Origin: Pelomyxa schiedti
Lineage: Eukaryota > Protista > Evosea
Assembly: GCA_020536535.1 (NCBI GenBank)
Contig: JAHLWZ010000004.1
Span: 1 to 64,000 of the forward strand
Length of the DNA: 64,000 bases
Direction: 5' to 3'
Shown here: one piece after another, positions 35,372 to 47,643 of the stretch
Layout: each line of letters starts with the position of its first letter
Position numbering within the stretch: position 1 is the stretch's first letter
Position numbers and translations under genes: made by a program
Notes under the pieces: generated by a model
Database searches by the model: none
What the model was told of the DNA's origin: nothing
The model's input: only the letters and a program-made list of their open reading frames with translations

Positions 35372-37929
35372 TCAATAGACAGACCGAATTTCAACAACAT
35401 AGGAGGGGTTATAGTACGAGGGTTCCTTGGAGGGATAACCGTGTGGATTACTGACCAACCTAGTTCCATTAATGACTTGGTCATGAAACCAATGGGTATG
35501 CCCTATTATGAATGTAAGTTGAGAAATGTATGCTGTGAGTAAGCTTGGGCTTTACCATAGAGCCAAGCTGATACAGGAGAGCCAAGTAAATCCCGATGAT
35601 CGGTGCAGAGTCCATGACTGGCTTGATGATTAGTGGAAGTAAGCTTGACAAACATACATCAATTTTGTGTTGTAGTGAAGCCCTTGTGTAGAGCATAAGT
35701 TTATAACGGGTGCATGGTGAGTTAATACAATGAGTTGTTCGTGTGCTAACTGTGCGTGAAGAATTTCCTTTCGATGGGTTACTTAAATGAGTGAATTTCG
35801 TGAAATACCCGTTTAATGAAGGTGACATCTTCAGTATGCCAACTGTTGATGTCGTGGCATGTGATTTTTTCATTGTTCTCTTTGGTGATAAGGCGATAGT
35901 CAGTCATTGTGGAAGACACGACTGCCTCTGCGTGAGGTGGAATATATGTCCACAATGTCGTCCCAATTACTCTGTGATGAGTTGAGATTTATGAGTTTAG
36001 GAAGGATATAGACCTTATTCCGTCAACTACAAAACTACTTCGGAACATCAATCTTATTCCTGAGATACTATCACAAATTTCTTTCATGACTCTCTTTGCA
36101 TCATGCAATGTACTTTTATAAAATTCCTGCCATTATCATATCAGGGGAACTTCACTGTAGTATGACACACATGATTTCCCATGACAACAAAAATTAATTT
36201 GAATTTCGTGCTAAGGGAAAGAAGATATTCCCGTAACATATCTCGGTCTTCTTGAGTTGCAATCTAGATTTGCACATTACTGCCAGCTACAAAGGGTTTG
36301 TCTACCAAGCAAGTATCACCTAAAAGGGCAAGATAAGGTGCTTGAGGTATTATAACTGGGTGTGTCTTATACTCCAGATGCAAGTCAGAAGTGCATTGAA
36401 TGCGAAAAGAGGATCTAGATCTACTTGTCTTGAGTCTCTTGAAGATGGTTGTAGAAGTTACATTGTTTTAGGAATTTTGGCAAGCATCATCTCTTCAAGT
36501 AACTCATGTCTATTTGAAATTGCAATAGACAGAGGAGTTTTCCCGTGGTGATTCTCCGTATCTGGCTTTTTTTTTTGGAAAAAATTAGAAAATCATAACG
36601 CTCCTGACAACTCACCCTTAGTCCTCGATTTAAAAGTATTTCTGCCATTTTCGAGTTCCCATGAACTGCACAGTAGTGCAGTGGCCTGCACAAAGAGTGA
36701 TTATTGCTTGTTTACTCTCACGGTTGAGTGGTTGTGGTGGAGATGATGATCTGTTGGTGAAGAACAATGAAAGTAACTGACGTATTTCCATGAATGTTGC
36801 GAGATTGCGGTATGGCACCATGGTCAATCTACAATTGTTCAGAAAAAGGCTAAAAAGATGAATGAAAGAAACCAAGAAAGTAAATAGATCGAACAAATTC
36901 CTTTTGGCAGCTATGTGAAGAGGTGTGATACCTACCAAGAATCACGTGAGAGAAAATAAAAGTAAAAGTAAACGCACCTCTCTTATCTGTGACGTTAACA
37001 GAACAGGAAGTGTGCTCAAAAAGATGATAAACCATCTCTGCATAATTACTTAATTGGCATGCAGTATGAAGTGCTGTTGTGCCATTCTAAAGATGATTTA
37101 TATTGGAAGGAGAGGATTGGGGGAACTTTTGTGCAGTAGTCTGGAGTTACACCTCTCTCTAGCAACAGCGGGATGAATTGGGGTAGTTCATGAAATACAA
37201 CTTTGGAAAGTGGATTTAAATCGTACACCTGAAATGAGTGTAATTGCATAGTATCATTATTTCGTGTTGCACCTTTGACGTATAATCTTCTGGAGGAGTT
37301 CTCTTGAGCCTTCAAATCCTTATTTTTTGGGGAAAAACAAGTACTATACTCACATTAACGAAATGCAGTTTGGCTCTCCTCCAATAAGCGCAATGTCAAG
37401 GGGTGTTCTTCCACTGGCATCACATGCATCAGATTGCGCACCTTTTGCGTGGAGTTGATCACTTCAATACGGCACAATCAGCAACAAGGACAACCATTGT
37501 TCAGCAGAAGAGTGGCAATGTCACAGGATTTTAATTTGATGGCAAACGCAAGAGCTGATAGCATGTCCCCATTTGGGGTGTCAATCTATTGCACTGAAGT
37601 TTTAGTGGCAAGGACTGGCAGGAAAAATGTGAGGGAAGCACCTGCAAGCCTGGTTGTTGCAGTATAAGCTTCACTGCCTTCAAGTCACCAGCAGCAATGC
37701 AAATGTGCAGCGGTGTGAATTTGGTCACGGGGTCGCGGCAATTGACATTGGCCCTCACCCTACCTCCTTGTGTTTGTGTCTTTTAGATTGCAAAAATGGC
37801 CAAATCGTACGAACTGTTTGCAGTGGACGCCAAAAGTTTGCACAGCCCCACGTAGCCGTTGCGCGCAGATTCCAACAACTCCGGGTCTTCTATTGTAACA
37901 CTCGGCTCGTCGCTCTGCGCTCCACCCAT
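35372..37929 (-). CDS. Ankyrin-repeat plus calcineurin-like metallophosphoesterase fusion, predicted N-myristoylated
   Basis: Starts MGGAQS. Ankyrin repeats (TPLHIC, TPLHIA, RPLHYC, GKTPLSIA) splice in frame into IQCTSDLHLE, ALLGD, MGNH|EFY, IGTTLW, GHTH and NPHGYP. Confidence 0.85.
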
Positions 37930-38158
37930 TCGTTAATTTTTCAATGAGGAAACCAGTCTCCGTACGCTCTCAGAGTCCAATCTGGGAGACACTGGATACC
38001 ATCGTAGTTGCCCCCAAACGCAGGCTGGGGCGTTCAAGTAGTTTTCCCACGAGTTTGGATACTACCCCAGGAGGATACAACATGAAGCCTTAACGTCGGT
38101 TCACCCCAACCTGGATCAATTCAATGATCATTTTTCCCTCCACAAACGACAACACAAA

Positions 38159-41137
38159 ATGGCATCAGCAGACAGCAGCAACAACAACGGGGCCGAGTTC
38201 CGCATCACAGGGTGCAGCAGCGAGAGCCCCTCGCACCCCGCGCGCAACGTGACCACGACGGCGCACGAGCGGCAGTGGCTGACGTCGGCGCGCAGCGAGG
38301 CGCTGCCCGACAACCAGGCGACGCTCGACCTCGCGTTCGCGGAGCCCACGGTGGTCCGCAACGTGGACATAGGAAACGCCGGGTCCGAGTTTGTTGAGGT
38401 GTTGGTGTACCACCCTCCTGCAAAGGGTGCAAAGCCATCTTACAAGGTGCTGTTCCCCACTACCCCCGTATATATCCAATGATATACAAAGAATAGAAAT
38501 CTATGTCTATATCTTGTATTTTTTTTCCCTCACTTTAAAAGGTTATACTAAGAGCAACGGCATTTATTTCACCACAAGAGGCCAAGGAAGGCACAAACCG
38601 TGATAGAGTCAAGTTCTTTGGCTTGGATAAGCTGACAAAGCCAATATGCAATGAAAAAGCTTGTTGTATACTGTAATTGTGCATTTATTGACCTTCCCTA
38701 ACACAGTGGGAATATGTGCATGTGGTGTGCTCATCTCGCTATCGTCATGACAAACCACTTGGGTTGTGTTTTATACGCTTCAATGTTGATCAAACTGCAC
38801 AATTGGACAAGGTGATTTATTCATTGCATCTCGTCACTTCACCTCAAGCTTGCCTCGTATAGGCATCCAGTTCAACATCAGTCAAGACTACCAGCATAAC
38901 TCATCCTTTAAGTCCTGAGAAACCAAAACCTCAGTCAAATGTATTGAAGCCCTCTATGCCTCAATTACCTGGGGTCAGAGAACAACAGTCACCTCGCCCT
39001 AAGAGTGTTGCACAACTGCGTACAAGTTCTGACTCTGGGGAAGATACAGATGACAATGGAATGTCATCATGCTTGCATCCAATCAAGACTCCCAAACCCG
39101 AGAATGTAATAATTATCCCAGCAATGAAGAAGCCTCCTAGTCAAGTGTATCTCTTTTCAATGGCTTTGGACTTACTGATGGCATTGTCAGATTCAAGAAA
39201 GAAACAATTCCATTGTCACATAGCCAACCTCAGGTTGTTACCGAAGTGGCAACTTTAGAGCGCAAATCATGTGCAAACCCCAAGAGTACAATTAAGGAAG
39301 AAGTGATTACTCCCGTAACTGTCACTACTCGGCAAGGAAATTCGTTAGAAAAGGAATCCGCTCTTCCATTCGTACGCCTTTTATTGCATTTTAATATACT
39401 AAGATTACATTTAGAAGGGGTTGGTAATTGCGATTTCTGGAATTGAAAATCCCGAAAGAGCAACGCTGAGAGAAAAAATTGTGGCAATGGGAGGAAGCTA
39501 CACAAATAACTGGTTCTAGAACTCTTCCTTTAACTCTGTAATTAATTTTATCAGTGAAGAGGCTACACACTTGATTTGTGAATTTAGTGCCACTCCCAAA
39601 TATCGTGAAATGATTGCTAGAGGAGGAGCAGTGGTTATGAAGCAATGGGTATATATCTTTATCTTGAGAAGGCTAATCCACTTTTGCAAAAGATTTATGA
39701 TTCCAGTAGTGTAGAATGCAAGCTAAATGAATCGGATTACCAATTGCAGGAGGAAGCAAATACTTGGGGGCAAGAAGAAGAAAAGGAAGAGGACACAGAA
39801 CCAGAATTATACAACACTCGGTCTAAAGCACCTAAGTTCCATATTTTACTGTTTAATCAATCTTATACTTTGCAGCAATGAATCTCTCCGCACTCAAACT
39901 TCAGATGTGACGCAACAAAAAAAAATTCCCAAGTCTGTTTCAACATCCCCTACAAAGAAAAAAAAGAAACTGAAGGCTGGTGAGGACCCAGACAGTGAGT
40001 ATGAGAGTTCAGGGCCCGATGAATATGATACGCGTGATAGCTTTATAGACACGAGAAGCACACAAGAGATTGAGCAAGGCACAAAAACATATTCATTTAC
40101 CCCTTCTTACCACTATCATGCAGAATCAATATTAAGCGGATCAAGTGACGGTCTCAGTGACGAAGACAACGATTTGAGATTTAATGAAAAACACGTTGAA
40201 GTGGTTTTCCTGCGCCCTTCCTGTGCTCTTATTGTCTGTAGAAGCATCACTTTGAAGAATTTCCGCGGACTCCGAGCAGCAAAAAACCCAGAATCGAACA
40301 TAAAGAGCTACCGAAGGCTCAAGTCCGTTGCTTTAATATTTTTCTTCGTTAATGAAAGTGCAGGATACTCTTGGAGGTCTGCCGCACCCTTCAAAAGAAA
40401 AGCGATTACCACCACCCAGTACACAAAATCGATCAAGCAACGTTGATATGGAAGACACCGATTTTATAGCGATGAACCTTATTGTACGCTGGCCTTAATT
40501 TGCTGCAACCTTTAACAAGAAATAGAGGGCAATGTCCTCAACACAGAAATCCAGTTTTATGAATGATGACCCGGAGGTAGAACCAGTGCCACAAATCACA
40601 AAAGCGCCAGAAATCCGGAACCATCCACCCTCATCAGTCCAACCGACACCAGACAAATTTGTTGTACCCCCAGAGATTAGCATACCATCTAGTGATGATA
40701 CACCAAGTGTTCAATTGGATAAGCTAAGTCTTATTGGGCACCCAGGTTTGGTCACACCATACTGTAATGGCAATTCTTACTCAACAAGGTCCCTTAAAGC
40801 CCCTTCCCGATTTTTTCACTGGAGTGCAAGCCTTCTTAACAGGTGAGATTTCTGATGACCTCCGGAACTCCCTTTATCGGTACCTGCTTGCTTATAACGG
40901 GTATCCAAAGCACTTTGTTTATATTATCGTCGCCTAACAACCCAAAAAAGGGAGGTTTTGGACTACCTACTTCCCGGAACCACACACGTCATCACCACCG
41001 CTTCATGGGATGACACCTTTGATGACGCCAAGCAGGAACACCCAGAACTTCTGATAGTCAAGCCCGAGTGGGTACTCAAATGCCACTCCTTGCGGAAACG
41101 GATTGAAGTAGACAACTTCCTTGTGTCAAAAGGATGA
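38159..41137 (+). CDS. XRCC1: DNA repair scaffold XRCC1 (N-terminal domain plus two BRCT domains)
   Basis: CSSESPSHPARN..VDIGNAGSEFVEVLV; BRCT1 IAISGIENPERATLR..MGG..THLIC..TPKY; BRCT2 LPDFFTG..RYLLAYNG..THVIT..VKPEWV. Confidence 0.92.
38659..38706 (+). other. GC-AG spliceosomal intron in XRCC1
   Basis: AAA|gcttgt...ctaacacag|TGG restores NEK-WEYVHVVC. It is the only phase-0 GY donor at this point before an in-frame TAA. Confidence 0.7.
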
Positions 41138-41298
41138 TTGTCGTAGTATTACCGAAATAGGTTCCGAGAATGTTATTCTCTCTGTACCAACATCAATGCG
41201 ATCTTCCTGAAACTAATAAAATTCTAAGCTCGGCAGTTTGTTCTCTTTAAAACAATAATAATAAAAAAAAAAAGACCAACGCCTTTGCTTGGTTTCCT

Positions 41299-42777
41299 TC
41301 ACACATCATCGGCATCGCCCTCGTCTGCCGGTCTGTCCTTATGGGATCCCCGTCGTGTTGCTGAATGGTGGTGGTGCCTGTGCCGGTGCTTCTCAGCAAC
41401 TGCACTGCTGACGCCGTCGCCGTCGTCGCCGACACCGTCCTCGTCGCTGCTGCAGCCTCCTCCGTCGTCGTCCGAGTGGTTCGAGTTGCCTGCGGCAGAT
41501 CCGGCCTTGTCCTTTCCTCCTCCCCCTCCTCCGCCCGAGGCACCGGTGTCCAACGACGGGCTGACGGAGCTTGGCGTGACCAGCAGGACGCTGGGCGGGA
41601 GCTCGGCCTTGACGAACAGCCAGCGCTGCGTGAACCAGTTCCACGTCAGAAGCAGCAGGGCGATGGTGAAGTTCACCACCAGCTCGTTGTCGTGGAACCA
41701 GCTCTGCTGGTGGCCCATCATGTGCATCGGGGAGCATATGAGGTGGAAGAGGAAGAAGTCCGAGACGGCGACGGCTTGGACGTACGCCCAGGAGCAGACA
41801 ACCCGCAGGGCTGGCTGCTTCAGCTCGCGGAAGGCGTTGCCGTACAGGCCCATGCACAGGATCGGAATGAGGGGGTAGGACCCGCAGGCCACGCCAAAGT
41901 GCCACATGTCGCCGGGCTTGCACTCTTCGCAGTAGAGCACTGTGAACCCGTAGATTATGTGCGAGAGGGCTACTCCGTTTAGTACGATGAGGCCGGTGAG
42001 CACTATCCCTCTTATGTAGATGGAGATGTGCTTGAACATCTGCAGTATATCCTTAAACCATATCCCGACCCACAGCTGCGTTACAATAGCCATTTGGAGC
42101 CAGCTCAGGAACCAGTTTACAAATATGGCGTTGTAGTGATCCCGGTGGATCCCAGTAATGCCGAGCATCAGTATGCACCATACCCCCCAAGTAATCACGT
42201 ACCACGCCACGCCGCGGACCACGCCAGTCCACCCCAGCAGCTTCCCCTCAAAGCACACGTCCTCCCAGGCGCCAAAGAAGAATCCAATCAAGATATAGGC
42301 GATGTGCGCGTTCATCACCTTTGCCGGGGAGTCCAGGAACGACCGCAGTATGACCTGGTGTATAAAGTACATCCCCAGCATCGCCACGAACGCTATGACG
42401 TACCTCTCGGCCCCCAGCGGGTGCGGCTTCTTCAGCGGCGACGGGGCGTTGGGCCAGAAGTGCGTCATGTATATGCTGCACAGGATGTTGTACCCCAGGC
42501 ACGGGATGTAGTACTGCGCGTACCACGTCACCCCGAAGTAGTTGTACACGAACCCCAGGATCGAGAGCGACAGCGTAATGGAGATCACGAGGACCGGCGC
42601 CCACGTCCTGTTGCCGAACCGCAGCACGTACTTGATTTTCGTCGCCTCGGCCGGCGCGGCGACCGCTTTGCCGTTCGGCTCCGAGGACGCGCCCGGCGAC
42701 GGCGATGACGAAGAGGAGGGGGGCGAGTGCGAATCCTCGTGGTTCTCAAACACCGACAGGGCGATCTCCTTGTTCAT
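41299..42777 (-). CDS. Uncharacterised multi-pass membrane protein (about 10-12 TM), intronless
   Basis: 492-aa ORF with GC3-rich codon usage and many hydrophobic helices, flanked by disordered termini. Confidence 0.8.
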   Translation of the reverse strand: MNKEIALSVFENHEDSHSPPSSSSSPSPGASSEPNGKAVAAPAEATKIKYVLRFGNRTWAPVLVISITLSLSILGFVYNYFGVTWYAQYYIPCLGYNILCSIYMTHFWPNAPSPLKKPHPLGAERYVIAFVAMLGMYFIHQVILRSFLDSPAKVMNAHIAYILIGFFFGAWEDVCFEGKLLGWTGVVRGVAWYVITWGVWCILMLGITGIHRDHYNAIFVNWFLSWLQMAIVTQLWVGIWFKDILQMFKHISIYIRGIVLTGLIVLNGVALSHIIYGFTVLYCEECKPGDMWHFGVACGSYPLIPILCMGLYGNAFRELKQPALRVVCSWAYVQAVAVSDFFLFHLICSPMHMMGHQQSWFHDNELVVNFTIALLLLTWNWFTQRWLFVKAELPPSVLLVTPSSVSPSLDTGASGGGGGGGKDKAGSAAGNSNHSDDDGGGCSSDEDGVGDDGDGVSSAVAEKHRHRHHHHSATRRGSHKDRPADEGDADDV

Positions 42778-42997
42778 TTTGTCGTTGGGGGCGAGGCGAA
42801 GATTATTGAAAAGTAATTTCCCTTTTTTTTTTTTTTTTTGTTTCTTTGTTGTTTTTTTTTGTTTTCCGCTTTCGGCGTTTTACGCAGATCCTCTTGCCTT
42901 GGCCAGTACTCTTCTTTACTTCTTCACAAAAAAAAAAAACCTACGGGTTGTACGTTCTTTGATCTTGGCCAGTGTACCTTTTGGTTTTTTACAGGTT

Positions 42998-44736
42998 TTA
43001 ATGGGGTGCGGCTTCCGTGCCTGCATTCGTGTCCTCGTCCGCCAGGAGTTGTCTCAGCCCTGCACGAGGGAGTGTTAGTCGTGGGGAGTTGCAGTAAATT
43101 AGGTTATGGGGTTCACCAACCGGCGGTTTGTCTTAGGCTGAGGCTTCTGGGGTACCGCACGTTAATGTTGACAAGGAGGTCACCAGAACAGGTAGGCAAA
43201 GGCCGACTCATATACCAACACAGAAGCTTGACCACTGGGGATGGTGGTTTCCCACAAGGCATGCCCTCCCCCTTCAGTGTGAGTGTGTCTTGGTTGCGTA
43301 AGTGTTTGCCAATGGGTTAGTAAGGTAAAACTGCTTACTTGGAAAGGTGGAAATGGATGAATTCAGATACACAATGTGGCCATCAAGGTGCTTTATTTCT
43401 TGAACAAACCCAACAAGTGCCTGAGATTTTGTTAGTCGTTTTCCGATGCTTCAAAATGATCACACTTCCAATAAAGACACTGTGGTGCTAGTTTTTAGGG
43501 TGTCATTTATGCGCACAAAGTCAGGGTGTGGCTTGACCCTAAGATTGACTCGTACATCCCTGAAGAATGATGTGGGTGAGAAAGTAAATCGAGGGAAGTG
43601 AGAAACCCTGGAATAACGCCTCCTAACATTTCATTTGATTTCTCAGGAAAGACCTGTTTTCAGAGTCAGGGAAAATGCTACAAGAAAGTCAAGTACAAAG
43701 ATAGAATCGCTAGCGGCACCCGGGGGTATTGACACAACTACAGAATCTCCTACTGTTATAGTTCCACTGCCTCCACATTGGTGACAAGTATGCTTAATCA
43801 GTACCCCAGTGCCACGGCATTTCTCACACCTATGGATATTCGAAAACAAGAAGTATACCGGAGAATAACCTCTCTTGAAAGGCAAAAAAGCCTAAAGATC
43901 CCATTCCCTGCTTTCTTTCTACGTGCCCCTTGCTGTAGTCAATCAGGAAGTGAGTAGTCAAAAAAAAAAAAGAACACACCCTTGGCAAGCTGAACACTTC
44001 ACTAGATCGTTGGTTGTTTCAGCTCCCGTCCCATGACAATGAGGACATATTTGAATCCTCCTATACGGGACTGTAATCTCCTTCCCTGTATACAAATCCT
44101 AATTTCGTTATATTCCAGCCTCAGCCCTATTTGTTGGTATATGCATACTCGTATAGTTACATTTATGCTTTGTTTTGGCGTTTGTGCGTGAATTGGACAG
44201 TATTTTGCACCTCAAGTTCCACACTCAATTCAAGGGTAATAGCTTTTGTCCTACTAACACGTCCTTAACACCCACAGAGAGGATAATGAGATAAAGGAAG
44301 GGGAAAAAAAAAAGGGTACAAATTAATCTACATTTAATAAAGACATCGATCAATAAAGGAAACCTCTGTCCAGATTGTCACCAAACTGGATGGAGTACGA
44401 GTGAAACAAAGAAACAGCAGTGAACAGAGCCAAGCCAGCCAAAAACAACCACGTCAAGGCATTGCCGTCACAAACGCCCCCTGTCTCCCCCTGCCTCCCA
44501 CTGACCCCGGATCTCTGTGTACTGCCATTATTACTTCTACTTCTGTTGCTACTGCTGCTGCCACTAGCGCTACTTTTAGTGCTGCCAACATTGCATATTG
44601 CTGCTAGGTCACTCAAAGATCTTATCGCCGGTACTGCGTCTGCCGCATTCCGTTGTGTCTGCCGTTTTGAGATCGACGTGTCATGTACCGGTGGCGATAA
44701 TGGGGGGTCTGAGTCGGCCTGCGGCGCGGTGCTCAT
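42998..44736 (-). CDS. DnaJ-like protein (CR-type zinc finger plus C-terminal domain) with TM anchor and no recognisable J domain
   Basis: LSVELE|DLYTG, CPHCHGTG, CSACQG, CEKCRGTG, CHQCGGSG, IPPG, HPDFVR, LLE|ALVGF..HLDG, GEGMP and GDLLV. Confidence 0.8.
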
Positions 44737-44959
44737 CGTTGTTGCTTTGAAAGTGAAATCTATTTCGACATTTGAGCTTTTTCACTTGATGAGGGGAGCA
44801 GCCTCAGATTTGTCCATCAATAACTCTCTTGGTGGTGTTGGTCTCCAGCCCCCTGGTCTTCCTCATACATACAACTCCAACACCACATCCCTTCGAATTT
44901 ACAAGTATCACCCTCATCGATTTGAGAGGGAAAAAAAAATGGTGCTGTTGTTTTAGTTG

Positions 44960-47643
44960 TTACAGTTGAGAGGGTGGGAACTTGTTTACAATGGAGGTGA
45001 GACTGTCGATCACAGTTTTTTGGCTTTGAACAGTCTCCTGTAAAACAAACACAGTGTTCTGTAACTCCATGTGTTCCCGCATCATTGTGGCAAGTACTGT
45101 ACCCAGTGCATCAAAGTGCTCTGGCTGGTATTCTCTTATGTGGTTGTGCATTTCCTCTTTGTGTCCCATCCATGGGCACGTTGGGGTAGAGCAGTTGACA
45201 ATCCCTTCTGATGGAGGAGGCCTGTTGAGCACCGAGCAGGTACATACGTGATTGTGGAGAACCCGGCGCGGCAGTGTGTGCCAGCATTGAACGCTTGGGC
45301 AGTGCGTTTGTTGGTACTGGCACGCGGCAAGGTGCCTCTCTCTCATTGAGAGAGGACAGGTGTATGTGCAGCCGTGATTATTGCATCTCACTTGCAACCT
45401 GTATGGAATGAGCAAGTGTGTAAGCAATCGGATCGCTGCTATACCCAAGGTATTCTACCATCAGTGCTGGAGGAAGAGGAAGCATCTCTGAATGTGTTAC
45501 GGTTTCCGAGCAAAGTGGGCAGCATTTGAAGCGTTCTATCCAGTTGTCGATGCACTTTCGACAAAACACAGCATTCTACAAAAGCCATGACTCAGTTGGA
45601 GATTTTGAGGTGAATAGTTGTTGGTTGAGACCTCGCTTTTTGAATGGAAGACAGGTATCACAGCAACATGCTTGCATAACTGGCACAAAAAAGATACTGC
45701 AGCAGAGGAAGTAAACCATTCAATCGGCATCCCATGAATTCCAAATTGTTGCTCCTTATGGAACTCGGGATGTTTTTCCCTAAAAGAATTAGATTTTACC
45801 TCACAAAGTACAGCATACAGTTTCGTTGCAGCTTCAGGAGTTTTGGTGCATAATGAACTTGAAGGGGAAGACTCGAGTTTTAGTGGCAGGGCAAGCTGTT
45901 CAAGGAATTTCACGAATTTCGATGGCACTATGCCGCCCACATCGCCTCTTGAACCGAAGAGCCATCCCTTCAATAAGGTTCACTTAATTGTTAATCCACT
46001 TCAAGCCAACCTTTTGCAAAGGCTTTACGATAATAATTTCATCCCCTTTGGAGAAGCCAAGTTCATGCGGTTTGGTGGCTTTAAAATCGTATAATGCTGT
46101 GGCCTTATATGGCACCTGCTAATATGGTTTTGTTAGTTGCAAGAAAAATACTTTTATCAACCGGTATTTTTTGAACATCTGCTGCTTGTTGTACGGGCGC
46201 GATAGCTTGTGCAGTAAATTGTGTCTGTTCGGCGTGTAGCTGTGCGTCAAGAGGCGCAGTAGGTGAGGGTTTCTCAGAACTGGAACCTATGGGCGCAAGA
46301 GAGGAATTTGTCGAATGGTCTACTTGTACTAGAACAGTGGGGTTATCTGTAGCTTTAGTTGCACAAGGAAGCTGAGGTGTGCTTGTAATAGCTGTGTTGG
46401 GAGTGGCTGGTGATAGTTCATTAGATGTCTGATTGGAAGGCAAAGCCGATTCCACTGGTACACATGTTTCTTGAGTTACAGGGCTTCGTGTTTCTTGGGT
46501 GATAGGGGTCTGTGTTTCCTGATTTGAAGGGAGGGAACTATTGGAGGGCCCACTTGATTGAGGGACATCAGTTGAAACTGATACAGGATTTGCTGTGTCA
46601 GTTTGATTTACGGAATTTGTCGGTGGAGTCCTCTTTTCGGTTGCAGGCCGTGAAGAGGGTTCGCCGCTTTCTGTAATATATGTATGTTGGAAAACCATGA
46701 AAAAAAGGATCAGTACCGATTTTTTCCACATAAAGGGCAGGTAAGTACCCATATTTATTGTTCAAAACACCAAGTATCCAGCCATTGTTGCCTCTGTTAA
46801 GAATAGTGAGCTCGTCATCTCTGTTAAATGACAGCTCTGCATCCTTCACAGAAGCATAGCTATATCTTGCACGGGCTCTATATGGGTACTGCTGGACCAC
46901 ACCAGGAGTAGCGGAGCCACTGGGGGAGTCGCTGGTGATAGCAGCAGGCTGGAGTTTATCTGCTTGTGCTTGCGGTTGTGCTTGTGGTTGTGCTTGTGAG
47001 GACGGTTGTACTTGTGGTGACGGCTGTGTTTGTGGTGTTTCTGGTTGCTGGGTTGTTTGTGGCGGTGTTGGTTTGGTATCAACCCCCTGTGGTTGTAGAT
47101 GATCAGGCAATCTCTGCACAAATCCAGAGGGTATGTGACCAATTTTGCCCTGCGTTACTGCACGCCACCAACCACCAGGAAGGTTATCAGCCACTATGTC
47201 GAGATCGTCACCCGTTTTGAAGGACAGTTCGCTTGGAGAGCTACCAGTGTAGTCATATATAGCCCGAACTCTGTGCATAATAATGACAGCAAAGGTTGAT
47301 CAGGCACAACGTCACAAAATGGCAACAAACTTGCATTACAACCGCACCTGAATTTAACTGGTCCAATTGCGGCCGCCGTTGTTTCTTCGACGTAACTGCT
47401 GGGAAAGATGCCCACTTTGCCGTCTTTATTTCTTCCGTAAGTCCATCCTTGGGGGTACTTCTTCAAAACCTGTATTTTGTATTGCCAGTCACATAAAACG
47501 GTCCCTTCTTTACGTCGGTTTTTTTTCTTTCTCAAGCTGTCAAATACCTCGATCGTTTCGCCTTGTTGTATGGACAGTTGAGCGTCGGTTTGGGCATCAA
47601 ACTTGCACTTCGCAACAGCGTACGTCGTCGATCCACTAAACAT
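44960..47643 (-). CDS. Four SH3 domains plus RING and TRAF-type zinc finger (putative E3 ligase/adaptor)
   Basis: SH3 motifs ..GIFPSSYV, ..GHIPSGFV, ..GYLPALYV and ..GIVPSKFV; RING CQLC..FCRKCI..CPLC; VRCNNHGC..HLAAC..CPSVQC; coiled coil. Confidence 0.88.
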
